A stretch of DNA of 64,000 nt from Lama glama (Eukaryota): contig CM052832.1 in assembly GCA_028534125.1 (NCBI GenBank), positions 22,818,001 to 22,882,000 on the forward strand, written 5' to 3'. Each line of letters starts with the position of its first letter. Positions within the stretch are counted from its first letter, which is position 1. Under the pieces are notes generated by a model. It searched no databases. It was given only the letters and a program-made list of their open reading frames with translations, and was not told where the DNA came from. The position numbers and the translations under genes were made by a program. Positions 12,701-25,059 of the stretch are shown here, piece after piece.

Positions 12701-15294
12701 CAGATCAGAACTCCTATGCCCTTATTTCTACTATTCACTCTAAATCATTTAATTCAACTACTGTTGCTCTCTAAAACTGCTGTGCAAGATCTGTGCCGTA
12801 CATAAAACTTTGCCTGAAATAATCAGGAAATCCCAACTTTAAAGGTTTCATGTTATTGTCTTTTAAAAATCAACGCACATACAATCAAGCTGTCAAGGAC
12901 CCAGCTTGCCTACTAGAGATAGGGAGATTCAGATCAAGAAGAGAATTTTAATATGGTCATGCATTATCTATAACCTGTAGGGTGAAGAAAGATAAGAACT
13001 GGAGTGGACTTCACTGAAAATAGCCTTGTGATAAAAACAAGTCACTTTATTTCAATGACACTCACTTCCACTCTGATTTTTATCTTGTGCTTATTTAGTT
13101 TCTAGGCCCAAACCAAGAAGGTTTTTTTTTCCCTCTTTTCATTCTTTTTTTCTTTCTTTTTTTGATTCTTCACTTCTGCAAGGTCAGTGCAACCTAATGG
13201 AACTGCCCTTGTAGCTGCTCTGCACAATGTCACTGAATACACAGTTGGGAAGGAAAGCAGGTGTGAAGCTAAACGTATTTGTAGTCTGAACTACTTACCC
13301 TGAACTTGAATTTCAAAAACAATGTTTGAAGTGATGCTGATGTTATTTTGATTCACTATCCTTAGAAACAGCCCTGTCTCAGCTCAGACTTGCAAGCCAG
13401 CCACAGAAATTAAACAAAACAGAGTCTCCCGGGATGATCGATGAGGGAGAGAGAAAAGATGCAGGTTATCATTCCGCAGACCAGCAAAAGCGCATGTTTT
13501 TATGTAAAAGTTTGAATGTATGGTCATTGCCAATTAAAAGCTCACATCTTTAGTTTCCAAATGATACTCTTCTCAGCCATTTTAAGTACTATGCAAAGTT
13601 TGATTCACCCAGTTGCCTCACCTACAATAGTACTCTGATTGCTCCTGTAATTCCTTTCTGGTTTCTCTTGTCTTGTTGCCCTCACTCTATACTTGGTTAT
13701 CAAAATATAAAGACAGCGCCACCTTGAAGCAATATTCTCCAAAGAAGAATAGAATAAAATCATTTGGGGGCATTTTTTGAGTGTTAACTTGAAATTTCTA
13801 AGTAAGGAAATATAGAACTGATGGGAGTGAGAGATAAAAGGGAGGAAAAACCATACTTAAGCTAATCCTAAGGGACTAGAATGATGACATCTTGTTGTAA
13901 CCAGGATTTTCCGAACAGGTGATAAGGAGTAAATATATGGATTTTCTGGTCATTTAACTCAAGGATGTTTCCTCCACTACAGTTTAGTGTGTGCTTTTAC
14001 AAAACTTCAGTTTCCCAGAGACAGGGGTGGACACTAATGAGGCCGTGTTAAATTTACTATGATCAGATTACTCACTATAGGTGAACCTGGAATTCTACTT
14101 CCCTAATTTAACAAGTCATAAACTGGAATCATCAAAAAAAGGACAAAAATAATATCTATTTAGTAAAAGGCTATTCCACAGAAAGTCTGTTCATAAAAAA
14201 TATAAACTTAATTTAAAAGAATTTTTGTGGCTAAAATTGCGTTTTTTAAAGCAATGAATAGCCTCAGCAGCAAACTCACACCACCAACTCAGCCTTGCTT
14301 ACGGACAAAGCAGTTTCCGCCATCTCTTCTGATCTATGTGCTTCCTGGTGAGAAGCCCACTTCCATGAATTAATTTCCTATTTGAAGTCACGGCAACTTT
14401 TTTTCTATCCAGAGTCTTTTTAAACCAATTCGGCATGCTGACTTGCTCTAATGTATATATCACTGTATGTTCTGAGACTAATAAATGCCCCTCCCCTCAC
14501 CATGACAGCATTTGATCACGTGACACAGGGGCAGCGATGTTAAGAAAAAAGGCACCAGTGTGTGAAGCTACTGATACGAAACACACCCTCACCGCAAAGG
14601 GAGTGGTTATACCAAGTCTCAAACCATATACTGTATCTTTCTCCATGAAACATTGACATATGCTGCTATTCATACATTCATGCCTTCCTGTAACCAATTC
14701 GGCAATATTGGAAAGTTGTTAGAAGGCAGCTTTTTCCAAAGATAGTACTTTGTGATGTGTACGTGTGCATAAGTCCTTTGCCTGAATACTTTAACCAAGA
14801 AGAATGGGCATTCATTGTGTTCCAGTCAATGAAATAAAGAATTTAGGAAATAATGCATTGTTACATCATGTTTCTGCCATGTAAGATTTTTAATCAAGTA
14901 TATGACTTTATATTTATGAATCTATATTTGCAAATAATCAGTGCTATTGGCAAACCAGAAAACTTAGATGTAACTTTCATCTTTATGTTTTTGTAAATCC
15001 AGTGCTGCTGACTCTAGATTTTTCTGAGGGGTTAGACAAAACAAGTTATTCCACTGAGTGGAAAATGAAGAGCTTCTGACCCCAGCTTTCTAATGCTGTA
15101 CTTGGCTTAGTATACGTGGAAGCAAAATTATATATACATAAGACTCATATTTGCATCTCATAATCTGTACATTAATATGTAGTTTCCAAGCAAAATGAAA
15201 TTAAGTTGAATTTTTAATAATCTGTGTTTGCAAAAGGCAAAGCTACAAGTTATGTGACCTGGTTCATCAGGATAGGTAATCAATGGATTATATC

Positions 15295-15470
15295 AATTTA
15301 TAGAAGTCAAAGATTGAAAAGAAAGTTATGGTTTATATCACATGTTATACATTAAATCTGAAACCTAAAGAAGTTCGATTACTTGCGCAAGTTCATACAA
15401 CAAGCCAGAGCAAAACAAAGATTAAAAGAGAGGGTTCTCAATTTCCAGTCCATTTCTTACATCATTACAC
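15295..15470 (-). mobile_element. MIR SINE fragment
   Basis: 'aaatctgaaacctaaagaagttcgattacttgcgcaagttcatacaacaagc' resembles the MIR core in antisense. Confidence 0.5.
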
Positions 15471-16057
15471 CATGCTTCCCTTAGAATGTTAGATTTTCAT
15501 ATCAATAGCTTGATATTTCTTGATCATATATCACGGAAATTTTCTTAGTGGTTATTAGGAAAATACATTTATATGAGAAAGTAACTATTTCACTGCAGTT
15601 GTTCTGGGCTCCAGTGGAAAGTAACAGTCTGCAGATTCCCTTGCAACTCAGATTCAGAATGTGTTCCAATCCCCTGGAGACATTTTGCTGTGGGGCCTTA
15701 CAGAGTTTGGCCAGTCAGGAATGAGCCCAGAAATAAACTGGTAACTAAAAGATGGTACATTGAACCCCACATAATGTGAGGCTATGTGGATCCTCTGCCA
15801 AGAGTGGGGTCTGTGATGTTTGCTAAACTCTTAAACTTTTAGCATCATAAAATCCAGGATAGGGAAGACATCTGGAGCCCTCTTGAATTTTAAACAGATC
15901 TCGGTTGTAGAGAATCCTTTTTGAGTTTTTGACAATTTCTTTTTAAAAAATTACATGTGATGGGGATAGAGCTCATTTCAGCTAAGTCTTACCTTGAGAA
16001 CTAGAAAGTAAAAGATACAACTCTTCTTTTTTGTTTCAATTAAAAATACCAATTTGA

Positions 16058-16256
16058 AGGGTGGGAAGGGATAGACTGGGATTTCAAAATTGTAGAATAG
16101 ATAAACAAGATTACACTGTATAGCACAGGGAAATATACACAAAATGTTATGATAAATCACAGAGAAAAAAATGTGACAATGAGTGTGTATATGTCCATGA
16201 ATGACTGAAAAATTGTGCTGAACACTGGAATTTGACACAACACTGTAAAATGATTA
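16058..16256 (+). mobile_element. Young 5'-truncated L1 3' end (cetartiodactyl/camelid-like), running into an assembly gap
   Basis: 'agggtgggaagggatagactgggatttcaaaattgtagaatagataaacaagattacactgtatagcacagggaaatatacac', nearly identical to the copy at 61051 onward. It is preceded by an L1 endonuclease-type TT/AAAA site at 16040-16045. Confidence 0.85.
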
Positions 16257-16756
16257 NNNNNNNNNNNNNNNNNNNNNNNNNNNNNNNNNNNNNNNNNNNN
16301 NNNNNNNNNNNNNNNNNNNNNNNNNNNNNNNNNNNNNNNNNNNNNNNNNNNNNNNNNNNNNNNNNNNNNNNNNNNNNNNNNNNNNNNNNNNNNNNNNNNN
16401 NNNNNNNNNNNNNNNNNNNNNNNNNNNNNNNNNNNNNNNNNNNNNNNNNNNNNNNNNNNNNNNNNNNNNNNNNNNNNNNNNNNNNNNNNNNNNNNNNNNN
16501 NNNNNNNNNNNNNNNNNNNNNNNNNNNNNNNNNNNNNNNNNNNNNNNNNNNNNNNNNNNNNNNNNNNNNNNNNNNNNNNNNNNNNNNNNNNNNNNNNNNN
16601 NNNNNNNNNNNNNNNNNNNNNNNNNNNNNNNNNNNNNNNNNNNNNNNNNNNNNNNNNNNNNNNNNNNNNNNNNNNNNNNNNNNNNNNNNNNNNNNNNNNN
16701 NNNNNNNNNNNNNNNNNNNNNNNNNNNNNNNNNNNNNNNNNNNNNNNNNNNNNNNN
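16257..16756. other. Assembly gap (500 N)
   Basis: Run of exactly 500 N. Confidence 1.
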
Positions 16757-16849
16757 CCCGTAATGAGGGGTCTCAGTCTAGGCTACAACCTACTGTTATG
16801 AGAATCAAAACTTCCCACTTAAGGGAGGGGTTACCAGACTGTAATGGCC

Positions 16850-16985
16850 AGCAGGAGCTGGACACTTGTGCGCCAGACACTGGATTAAGTGCCTTTTTCA
16901 TCCCGTGTGATCTCTGCTGCAGCTTTTTGTAGTGGCTACTATTAGGATCACAATTTTAGAAATGAGGAGGTTCAGGGACATGTCT
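16850..16985 (-). mobile_element. MIR SINE fragment
   Basis: 'cacttgtgcgccagacactggattaagtgc...attttagaaatgaggaggttcaggga' is MIR antisense. Confidence 0.55.
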
Positions 16986-18454
16986 GAACATATCCCATGT
17001 TATGGCAAACATAACATTCATTCTTAGGTCCCTCTTGGGAAGAATGGGTTCTTAATCACTTCCCTGCTTATGAATATCTGGGGAAGATGATGCACTTTTC
17101 GTTTCAGGTGGGCAAGTCTCAGGTAATCAGAAGATGAGACATACCATTTGGAACAGTGAGTTGCTGGAGTCTCCTGAACAGAGAACAATATACTGTGTGG
17201 CAAATACATTTAGAATCTGAAATTTAAGAGGGATTTTTGCTTCTGCCTGTGATCTGATTTTCATCTAGAAGATCCTTTCAGAGTGGAAGCGGGTGACGGG
17301 AACAGAATGCAGCCGCTGAGGCTTCTTGGAAGCACAGTGGAAACTGGTGTCTGCTGGAGGACTTACAGCCCTCCAATGGGTATGACCAGCCCCCTGGGGG
17401 CTCACACACTGCCCCCTACCTGTCCCTAACTGAAACCAAACTGGAACAGGGTTAATCCTAACAGAAAAGGACCATTCCAAGGTTCACTCGCTCCCTTTCT
17501 CATAGGTGATCATGAACATCCACCAATATCCACAGCATCCATGCAGATGAGATATACGAGAAATTCCAAGCATACATGTAGAAGGCGTAAAAGTGCCCTG
17601 CCCTCAGTGACGTATAACCATATCGGCCATCCTATAGTTCTTAAAATCAGACAAGACACTGGCAACTGGTGATACTTTCAGTGTGACTCTCATGATCTAA
17701 TTCTTTCATTTGCCGAAGAGGATCTGGGATTAAGATCCTTCTGCTGGAAAAAGGCTTAAAAAAGCAAGAGTGATGTTAGTATCGTTGTGTTATGTGTGTC
17801 ATACAATTTTTGAGACACAGACTTGCAGCCTAAATTGATAGTGCCTATATAAGGCAAAAGAATACTTTGCATGTTTTCAGACTTCTGACATGGTAAAAAA
17901 AAAAAATCCAGAGTAACTTGGTCTGGTTTTTAGATGTTTGCAGTTACCCTGGTGCATTAGAGTGGCAGCAAAGAATGAGAAAACTTGGACTTCAGGTCAT
18001 AGAAGATAATTTCAGAACTGTAAGAAAAAGACTGTCTTCTCCCAAGATTCGTATCATTATACATGTAGCAATAGATGTGAAGATAAAGAAATGTCTTAAT
18101 AAATTTACATGTTATGAACTCAGAATACTGGTTTTGTAGCTTGTGGAGCATGTTTATAATTGTTACTTCTTTTCCCATCCTCACTTCAGATGGGGGCCAG
18201 AGCTATTGCTGATTACCATGGAGACTACAGCAAACATGATGTTGGGTGAAAAATTATTAAGGGGCCTCCTTACTGCGCTTAACGCCAGGAGCAGTGTCAT
18301 CTGTAGTGGAGGCTTTGCGCACAGAGAAAGGGGCACTCCCTTTGGAAGCTAAGGAAGTCATTAACTGTAAAAAGAAACAAACAAACAAAAAACATAGCTT
18401 TAAATGAACCCCAGGTCTGTGGAAGTGCTCTGGATGAAGACAGTCATAATCATG

Positions 18455-18700
18455 ACAATAATAACTGGTAACATTTAGCAAGTGTTTCTGAGTGTTCCAG
18501 GCAAAGTGCTTCAACCCTCATGGCCATTAACTCATCACAGTAATCCTCCTCCGTAGGTTCTCTAATTATTCTCATTTATCATTTGAGGTAAAGGAAGCCC
18601 AGAGAGGTCAAAATTTGCTCAAGATCAAATCTTGCAAAACTAAGCTTGAAATGGATGGAATCTGGATTCAAGTTCTAGTCCATCTGAATGTCAGAGCCCT
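18455..18700 (-). mobile_element. MIR SINE, near full length
   Basis: Colinear MIR antisense from 'ataataactggtaacatttagcaagtg...gttccaggca' through 'cccagagaggtcaaaatttgctcaagatc' to 'ggattcaagttctagtccatctgaatgtcagagccc'. Confidence 0.8.
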
Positions 18701-19329
18701 CGGATTTCACTCTTATCTTCCACTGAGTGTATGAGGGCCCTCGGGGTAGGATGAACATATACGTCAACAGCCACGCTGGGACACATGTGAAAGTGAAAGG
18801 AGGTGCCACTGATATTTCTAGCAGGACACCAGGGCAAAGTGGGGTGCGTGACCATACCACTTAAGAAGGGAGCTGACAGGAGATGGACGCTTGGCTGAGA
18901 GAGATGAGCAACCTGGATCCAGTTGGATATTAACATATGTCAACGCGGCCCAGATTTTAGCAGGAAAATTTTCAAGAGAGCCCACTACCCAGATAGGCAG
19001 CTTCCTGTCATCTGCATGAAATGCATACCTGCTTAGAAAGTTAGCATCTGCTTGCCTTTGTCTAGTTTTTCACACCTTTCTCTTAGTTTCATTTTTGTGT
19101 TGTCACCAGCATTTTTTAAAATTGAGAACATTTTGCTTTTAAAGTATTTACTACCTTTTCTAGCTCAGGTTGTCATTAAAATAAGTTGTTTTATATAGAG
19201 ATGCTAAGGCAGAATTACAAAATCTTTGCACCCAAATGACCATTTCAAAATGGTTTGGTTTGGTTTTTAAAGTCTTGGCTTTAATGAAAATGTGCTCATA
19301 GCAATTGACTTAAAATGTTAGTTATCCCA

Positions 19330-19425
19330 GGACACAGGAAGCTGACGTCGGGGGAAATATCACATAAAGCAGTAACAATTCTCGCCGTTCTCTTCCCGCA
19401 CATTGCCTGCCTCGAGGCAGCATAC
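19330..19425. promoter_or_regulatory. CpG/TF-motif cluster (candidate enhancer)
   Basis: ETS ACAGGAAG 19334-19341 next to CRE-like TGACGTC 19343-19349, E2F-like TTCCCGC 19393-19399, palindrome CTGCCTCGAGGCAG 19407-19420. Confidence 0.35.
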
Positions 19426-19479
19426 ACATAACAGTAGCATGTCTTTTAAGCACAGCTCCAATATCGGAAGCTCAGATCA

Positions 19480-20585
19480 CATCTGACACTGTCGACCCAC
19501 TCACTACCCTCTGTCCTGAAACTTTGCTCTTATGACTTTCTGGCACTTCCTTCCTTCCTTCCTCTACCTGCTCCTCCTCTGACTTCTCTATCTTTTCTCT
19601 TACGCCCTCTCCATGTTGTCCCTGCCCCTGGGTCTCACTAGTGGCTTGCTGTTCCTTGTTTTTCTCTGTACATTGTGTCCTTTGACAATCTCATCTGGTT
19701 TCATGGAAGCAGTCAGTATTTCCATGTGGTGCAAGACTTCCAGATCTTTATTTCCAGCTCTGGCATTCTCTCCCAAACTCCAGAACTTTATCTATCTAAA
19801 ACTTCCTATCAAGATAAACTTCTGGCATCTCAAATGCAATGCATCCAAAGCTGGTCTGCCCAGCTCTCTCTCCAGAGCACACTCTCCCCAGACCCTCTCT
19901 AATCCAAGCATGCCTCCTCCCTTCAATTTCCTTTTTGCAATAACACATTACCTAAGTCACAATCTTCACATTCTTCACCTTTTCCCCTCTAACATAAAAT
20001 CCATTGCCAAATGCTCCCAGGTCTGCTGCTTCAATACATCTCAGATCTATCAATTTCTCTAATTTTTTCTAGACTACCTTGTTCAAACACTTACTACCTC
20101 TCACCAGAAATAGGCTAACTGGTCTCCCCAACTCTTAACTTCTTTCCTCCTCATATTCATCCTGTGTAGCAACAAGATTAAACAAGGTAAAGAACAGTTT
20201 GGATCATATCATTTCTTCAAATTTCAATGCAAACAACATAAGTTACTCTATACTGTTCATATTTCTCAGTTTGGCATCCACGATCCAATGCTGATGTGAC
20301 CCTGCATCATTAGTCAGATCTTACTCGCCATGACATTTCTCTGAGAGTCCTCCTCTGTGCCCACAAGTGGGTTGCAGAACTCTGCTCTGAGCTTTCACAG
20401 CATCTGTCCCCCAAAATGTGCCCTGCATCACATTTGATTTTAAAGATCCATTGACTTATTTATCTTCCCTTAGGCTTTATGACGTCCACAAGGGCGGAGA
20501 GAATAGAACACAATTTACAGTTATATTCCCAGTCCTGGGCCACGGGAGGAATTTATTACATATTTGTTGAACTGACTAACAAATA
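19480..20585 (+). mobile_element. L2 LINE fragment
   Basis: Pyrimidine-rich L2-like tract ('tgacactgtcgacccac', 'catctcaaatgcaatgcatccaaagc', 'taactggtctcccc') ending 'tatttgttgaactgactaacaaataa'. Confidence 0.75.
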
Positions 20586-20869
20586 AGTGGATCTACTCAC
20601 TCTAAAGCTCTGAGGCTCTGGACCAAGTGACTCATTGTCCCCAGTTCAGCCATCTTCCTGTCTTGATGTGGTCCTTAGCTGGTCCTGCTCACCAGTCTCC
20701 ACAGAGATAACTTCAACCTACTTTGACAGAAGCATAACTCAAATGCTCCCTCAACCATAAAAACTTCCTTGAGTCTCTGAGATGAGTGACCCCTTCCATT
20801 TCTAAACTCTTGCAATATTTTCTTCATACCTCTTATGATACTGACTACTACATTCTTCCTTTAATGTTA

Positions 20870-21022
20870 CTTTTTAAATAAAAAATGGTATATATTTAAG
20901 GTGCACAACATAATGATTTGATATACATGGTGAAATGATTACTACAGTCAAGCCAATTAATGTCATCTCTTCAGACAGTTATCCTTTTTCTTTTAAGAGC
21001 ACTTGAAATCGACTCTATAGCA
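20870..21022 (-). mobile_element. Short L1 3' end (L1MA8/9-like) inserted in an L2 remnant (about 20720-21170)
   Basis: 'tatatttaaggtgcacaacataatgatttgatatacatggtgaaatgattactacagtcaagccaattaa' is an L1MA-type tail in antisense. Confidence 0.75.
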
Positions 21023-21399
21023 TATATATCTTAACTCCTCAAAAGCTCCGTAAGCGCTGGGAAAACAGGGGTTTTGCTCATTTCATTTTTAAGTAGCTCA
21101 TATCATGCCTCACGGAAAGCAAAAGCTCAAAAAAGATCAGTATTTACTGCTTGCAGTGACTGAACGAATTAACTATTTCAACAACTTATAACACTCTCCT
21201 ATCTAAGCCATCAAATCTGTATCTCTCAGGACTCTTGTAAATTTTTGTCCAGAGCAGATTTTTAATTTGAGAAATAGTGAAGTTCCCTCCCTCGGTGATT
21301 TTAAGATTTGCACTTAACGCCTCAGTGAAGATCTTCTAATTGGGGAACTGATTTCTGTGTGTGTATGTATGTGCACATGCATGACTGTATGTGTCCATA

Positions 21400-22425
21400 A
21401 TCGTCTTAAGTTATAAAAGGCAAATACGAGTGTAAAAATGACAGGTGGGCAGTTTGATGAATTTTCATGAAGTGAGTGCATACATGTAACCAGCATCCAA
21501 ATGAAGAAACAGGAAACGGCAGTACCACCGAAGTCCCCTCGGCTCCCTTCCAGTCACTCCTTCCCCGAGTGTAACCATCATCTTGACTTCCAACATAGAT
21601 TACAGATTACTTTTTCCTGTTCTAAAATTTTATACAGATAGAACAATAAAATATATATGCTTTTATGTCTGCCCCACATTTTACTTGTGAGATTCATCCA
21701 TGTTGTATGTAGTTACAGTTTGTTCTTTCTCGCTGATGATGAGAATTTGTCCCATTAAGCCCATTGTGGCATATTCTTTTTACAACAGATGGACATTTCG
21801 GTTGTTTCCATTCGGTACTATAGTGAGTGGTGTTGCTACGAACATTCATGTTCTTTTGACAAACACACTCATGTGTTTCCAAAGGAAAACTGAAGCCTGG
21901 GAAAGTTAAATGACCAAGCGACTTTACAGAGTGTATTTGGCACCTCTTATCCATCACTCAGGTGTACGCATTGCTTCCATTCCTAGATCTAGGAATAGAA
22001 TTGCTGGGCCACACGACATGTGCCTATTCAGCTTTAGAAGATACTTGCAAGCATTTTTACAAAACGGCAGTGCCAATTTATACTCTGAACTGATGTGTAT
22101 GGAAATGCCGGTTGTTCTTCAGCCTCATCGAAACCTGGTATTATCAGTCTTCTTCATTTGTATTATTCTGGTGATACGAAGTAGAGTCACATTGTGGTTT
22201 TAATATGCTTTTTTTTTTTGGATGAGCAGTGAAGCTGAACATCTTTCACAACCAGCCATTTGCATGTCTTTTTTGTGGCATCCAGTATTTTTGCCCATGA
22301 GATTGCTTATATTTTTCTTATTGATTTGTCAGAATTCTGTCTATATTTTGATATTCAGTCCTTAGTCAAATAAATGCATTGCAAGTATCTTCTTCCACTC
22401 TGTGTCTTGCTTAGCACTCTCTTAA
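21400..22425 (-). mobile_element. Old L1 3' region (L1MD/L1ME-like) carrying a 92-bp foreign insert
   Basis: 'ttgtgagattcatccatgttg', 'gatggacatttcggttgtttcca', 'ggaatagaattgctggg'. Minus-strand ORF remnant 'WKQPKCPS' is L1 ORF2 C-terminal-like. Confidence 0.85.
21886..21977 (+). repeat. 92-bp direct repeat, copy 1 (copy 2 at 22985-23076)
   Basis: Ungapped hand alignment gives 83/92 identical bases at an offset of 1099 bp. Confidence 0.95.
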
Positions 22426-22984
22426 AGAAATGGACTTACTTTTCTGCTCCACTGATGTTCAGGTTCAAGGACCATATGAGTGTGACTCAGGAAACATTCT
22501 TGAATTTGGCAGATCACACCCTGAGTCATAGCTGCCTCTCAGTGCTTCCTGAGTTAGGTGCTGAGATAGATGTGCCAGCCTCCATGGCAGCTGGCGCGTG
22601 TCCCAGAACTGCTTGCTCTCCATGCCCTTTGGAAGCCAGTCATCCTGAGTGACACAGAGTCAGAGAATATGCAGATCGTGGAGCAAACTGAGCGGGCAAT
22701 TCGATCAGCGTATCTATATTTTGGGTTCCTCTGAGTTCCAGCATCCCTTCCATGTTAGGTTTGGGGCTGATAAGGGGGACTAAACTGGGGCTTCATGTCT
22801 GTCTTTAATCTATGCAGCTCATCTTCATCTTTTTTTTTTTTTAAAGAGGGTTGCATAAGATTGCAAAAATGGAATCTGTGCAAGAAAACCCAGGTTTTGT
22901 TCAACCATCTAAACCAGTGCCTGTTCAACAATGGAGTTCCGTGTTTAGCTGCTGGGTTAAAATAAGTTTTATTTAATTGGTGAA

Positions 22985-23076
22985 AAAACTGAAGCCTGGA
23001 AAAGGTAAATGACACAGCGACTTTATAGAGTGTATTTGGCATCTCTTATCCATCACTCAGATGTACCCACTGCTTC
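22985..23076 (+). repeat. 92-bp direct repeat, copy 2 (probable donor)
   Basis: 'aaaactgaagcctggaaaaggtaaatgacacagcgactttatagagtgtatttggcatctcttatccatcactcagatgtacccactgcttc'. Confidence 0.95.
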
Positions 23077-23079
23077 GGT

Positions 23080-23558
23080 GACCATTTCCATGCTGGATTT
23101 GCCCAGATTTATGCAGGTGCCACAGGCAAAGCCCTCCCATAGGCCTGGACTGTATCTCTCACACTGTCTGTCCTGGGACTTCTCTGATGCCAAAGTGGGA
23201 AACACCTCATGGGAACCCACCTAACATTCAGACATGTGCAAGCCAGAAGGGGAGAGGAGCTAACAGACAAGGGTGTCAGGTGCCAGTGGTTAAAGGCTAC
23301 ACTCTTTTGTGTGGGATGGACAGTCTGAAACCCATTTCATGATGCTCCTCTGAAGGCTGGTGGGATGAAATCCTACTCACCCTCTCTGTTGCCAGCTTGG
23401 TAACATCTCCTTGTGTTGACTTTCTCTACTTTCCTATTTCATTCCCTCTGCCCCGTATGCTTGCTTTTTACCTTCACAGTCCTCAGTAAACTGCCTCAAC
23501 TCCCTCACATAAGACATGATCTCAGTTTTGTCTTTCAGGCAAACCCAGACCCAAGACA
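23080..23558 (+). mobile_element. ERVL solo LTR (LTR16-like)
   Basis: Terminus 'ctcagttttgtctttcaggcaaacccagacccaagaca' and internal 'cttctctgatgccaaagtgggaaacacc' resemble the LTR16 family. The 5' boundary is uncertain. Confidence 0.6.
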
Positions 23559-24239
23559 CATAGCTATTAAGTTAGGACCAGACCCAAATCTTTGGACTTT
23601 AGCTCTGTGAGTTTAAAATGCATTTCTGTGACCCTCTGCCCTAGTGAGAGCACTTCAGCAAATCATCAGCTTCCCATTTTATCATCTCTCTAAGACCCAT
23701 CACATCTAGAAGCAGAATTAAAAACAAAGAATTTTTACAGGCTACTATGGCTTCTTTCCTTAATAAAAAATTAAATAACCATTGTCCAGAAGATTTACAA
23801 GCACACGTGATATCATGTGTATAATGCTCTTTAAATGCCTTTTAGTAGAACTGATTCTATGGAAAAAGACAGACTGTAGAATTAAGTGCAGACTTTTGGA
23901 CTGCTATGACTGTGGGTTTAAAAGTCTATGGTAAACTGTGATGATTAGTGCTGAACTTACGTATCAGTGGAGAGAAAAAAGAAAAAAAAATGAGCTGGGA
24001 GGAAACGAAAAACTCTCTAATGGATGTGCAAATACCATGTAGATAGTCCAGGGCAGACATCAAGAAAATAAGCTAAAAGCTCCATCTGCCACATCACATG
24101 GACAAGCCTTCGCCATCTGAGGAAGAGGCATCCAAGAACATTTACCTCGTCCCTACTTTGTGCCAGACAGTCTTAGGTGCTTCCCTCACATACTGTTGGC
24201 CCCTGCAGGCATTCCTAAAAATGATATGAGTGATAACAT

Positions 24240-24480
24240 ATTTATAATAATTGCAGCTGTCCTTTATTAAATATGAGCCAAGCATTATTCAAAACATTTG
24301 AAACCATATGTTATTTAATACTCACAAGAATCTTATGAGGTAAGCATTCTTATTATTCCCATTCGTCAGGCAATGAAATTAAGGCTTAGGAAAGTTGCTG
24401 TAATTCGTCTAAAGTCATACAGCTGGTGAAGGATAGAAACAGAAAATGGATCCAGGTCTGTAAGTCATGATGCTATGTTC
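24240..24480 (-). mobile_element. MIR SINE
   Basis: 'atttaatactcacaagaatcttatgaggtaagcattcttattattcccatt...gaaattaaggcttaggaaagtt...aaagtcatacagctggt'. Confidence 0.8.
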
Positions 24481-25059
24481 TTAAATTCAGGTGACTTCTG
24501 AAACTCCAACAACTTTCCCTCCCCTTATGGATGCCCAGATATTGGTTTTTCCCATGTCAGATACGTACCTTGCTGTAAAACTGTGTTCCTCATCTGCCTG
24601 ATCACCCAATTCTGGGTTGGTTTTTGTCATCTATTGCTCAGTATTTCCCAGGAATCTCTACTATTCTCTGGCCTGCCCCATCCTCTGAAATATTACACTT
24701 ATTACCAGTGTTTGTTGAAAAACCGCTCAATCATGTGGGCAAATGGTTCATTCACCCTATGTAGATGGATTTGAAACACAGTTCTTTATTCAAGGAAATT
24801 TCTTCACCCTGGGGAGCCCAAGGTTTGCACTTGAATGCTTTATCATTTGTTTATGCTCAGGTTTCCTGAGAATCTGTCCACATTTCTAAGAATTTCTGTT
24901 GTGCTATGACCTAGACAATCTCAAATACAAGTTTACTTGCCAAGTAACCATTCTTGGCGATTTTTCTGGGGGCATGCTTTGTGGTTTTCTTTGAAACCAC
25001 TCTATTGCAAGAGCCACTTCAGACTCCCAAGGTGTGCTGGCTTCAGTTTCTTCTCTTAT

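Noticed and set aside
14497..14697. Minus-strand ORF bounded by AG and ATG|GTGAGG
   Set aside because: Poor polypyrimidine tract and no recognisable protein similarity.
16232..16801. 189-aa ORF (and the 216/218-aa ORFs at 61036-61754)
   Set aside because: Artefacts of translating through 500-N gaps; the flanks are L1 3' UTR.
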